From an uncultured Alphaproteobacteria bacterium (lineage in GTDB: Bacteria; Pseudomonadota; Alphaproteobacteria; Rhizobiales; Xanthobacteraceae): 64,000 nucleotides of DNA. Location: positions 3,662 to 67,661 of the forward strand of contig CAVSXY010000013.1 of the NCBI GenBank assembly GCA_963732015.1, written 5' to 3'. This document shows positions 63,290 through 64,000 of this stretch, one piece after another. The notes under the pieces were generated by a model, which saw only the letters and a list, made by a program, of their open reading frames with translations, did no database searches and was not told the DNA's origin. A program made the translations under genes and the position numbers. Numbering within the stretch: position 1 is the stretch's first letter; each line of letters begins with the position of its first letter.

Positions 63290-63466
63290 CGGCGCCCATA
63301 GCGATTGGCAGGTGCTCGGCACGGTCGACTATTCACTCGGCCCGTCGTGGGACCTGCACCTCGGCTACCGCAGCCTCAATTTGGATACTTACGGGAAGCG
63401 AAGGCAGGTTTCGGCTTCGACGTCCATATGAGGGGGCCGATCATCGCCGGCACCTTCCGTTTCTGA
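63290..63466 (+). pseudogene. C-terminal remnant of an outer-membrane beta-barrel protein (5'-truncated, one frameshift)
   Basis: ...GAHSDWQVLGTVDYSLGPSWDLHLGYRSLNLD / ...AGFGFDVHMRGPIIAGTFRF (terminal Phe). No start codon, signal peptide or N-terminal barrel strands lie upstream. Confidence 0.4.
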
Positions 63467-64000
63467 CCTGTCATCGGGTATGAGAACGCTTTCCAGGCGT
63501 GGGTTGAGCAGTTCGCCTCGCGCATGCAAGAACTCGGCGCCTGCCGGGGATAATCTGCCGGCGCCGATGACGATCTAGAATTGCCTCTTTCGAGCGGCAT
63601 TATTGTGAGCAGGATCTCGCACAGGCCGGCGGCTTTCACCAGGCGCGCGGGGGGAAGCGTGAACTCATCTGCGCGCCACAACCGAAGCGGGAAACTTCGC
63701 TGCAGACTTGCTGCAGGTGCAACGAAGATCTAGTGGCGACGCAATTCATGATTGTGGGAGGGCGAGCGCGGTGCTGCACCCAAAACGGAGGAGTCCCCGG
63801 CTTTGTGGGTAGCCAGGCTTGGACCGTGGCGATGATCGTGCGTGAAGCTCGGCGATCTGGTGATGATCGGGCTCGCGGCCGGCGCCTATGCGGCGAGGGC
63901 CCTGAGCTTCGTCCCGATTTAGGCGATCAGACGTGCCAGGTAGGGCCGGGATTGGCGAGGCTGGCGCTGCCGATCACACTGCTCCCATTCATCCCCCAGA

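Overview
This is a high-GC chromosomal segment. Its gene content points to a Bradyrhizobium/Rhodopseudomonas-type alphaproteobacterium: a CcrM-like methyltransferase, a DUF3551-type small protein, a GAAC-N7-GAAC SOS box, and many PF04392-type and TctC/Bug-type periplasmic binding proteins. I can support about 60 protein-coding loci. I found no rRNA, tRNA, CRISPR array, transposase, integrase or phage genes. Content is housekeeping plus accessory catabolism: ETF-QO (partial), family-4 UDG, cytochrome bd oxidase, RNase HII, a PA0069-type radical SAM protein, MoaB, CcrM, MetY, an M32 carboxypeptidase, a three-subunit molybdenum dehydrogenase, a Rieske oxygenase, hydrolases, a GST, six PF04392 binding proteins plus one fragment, and five TctC-type binding proteins. 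Four observations stand out. (1) About a third of the genes, including ccrM, are interrupted by single-base indels, and these indels are strongly clustered in certain genes. Assembly error is my preferred explanation, but genome decay is not excluded. (2) A ~1577-codon soluble histidine kinase is built from seven tandem GAF modules and carries one in-frame TAA. (3) A secreted caspase-fold protein has both catalytic residues replaced (His to Phe, Cys to Ser) and is fused to an NTF2-like domain and an unrecognised C-terminal domain. (4) Two tandem small secreted CCS-motif paralogs sit divergent from a ToxR-like membrane regulator. I found no convincing self-contained novel system such as a defence island. 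All function calls come from motifs read by eye; no database search was run.
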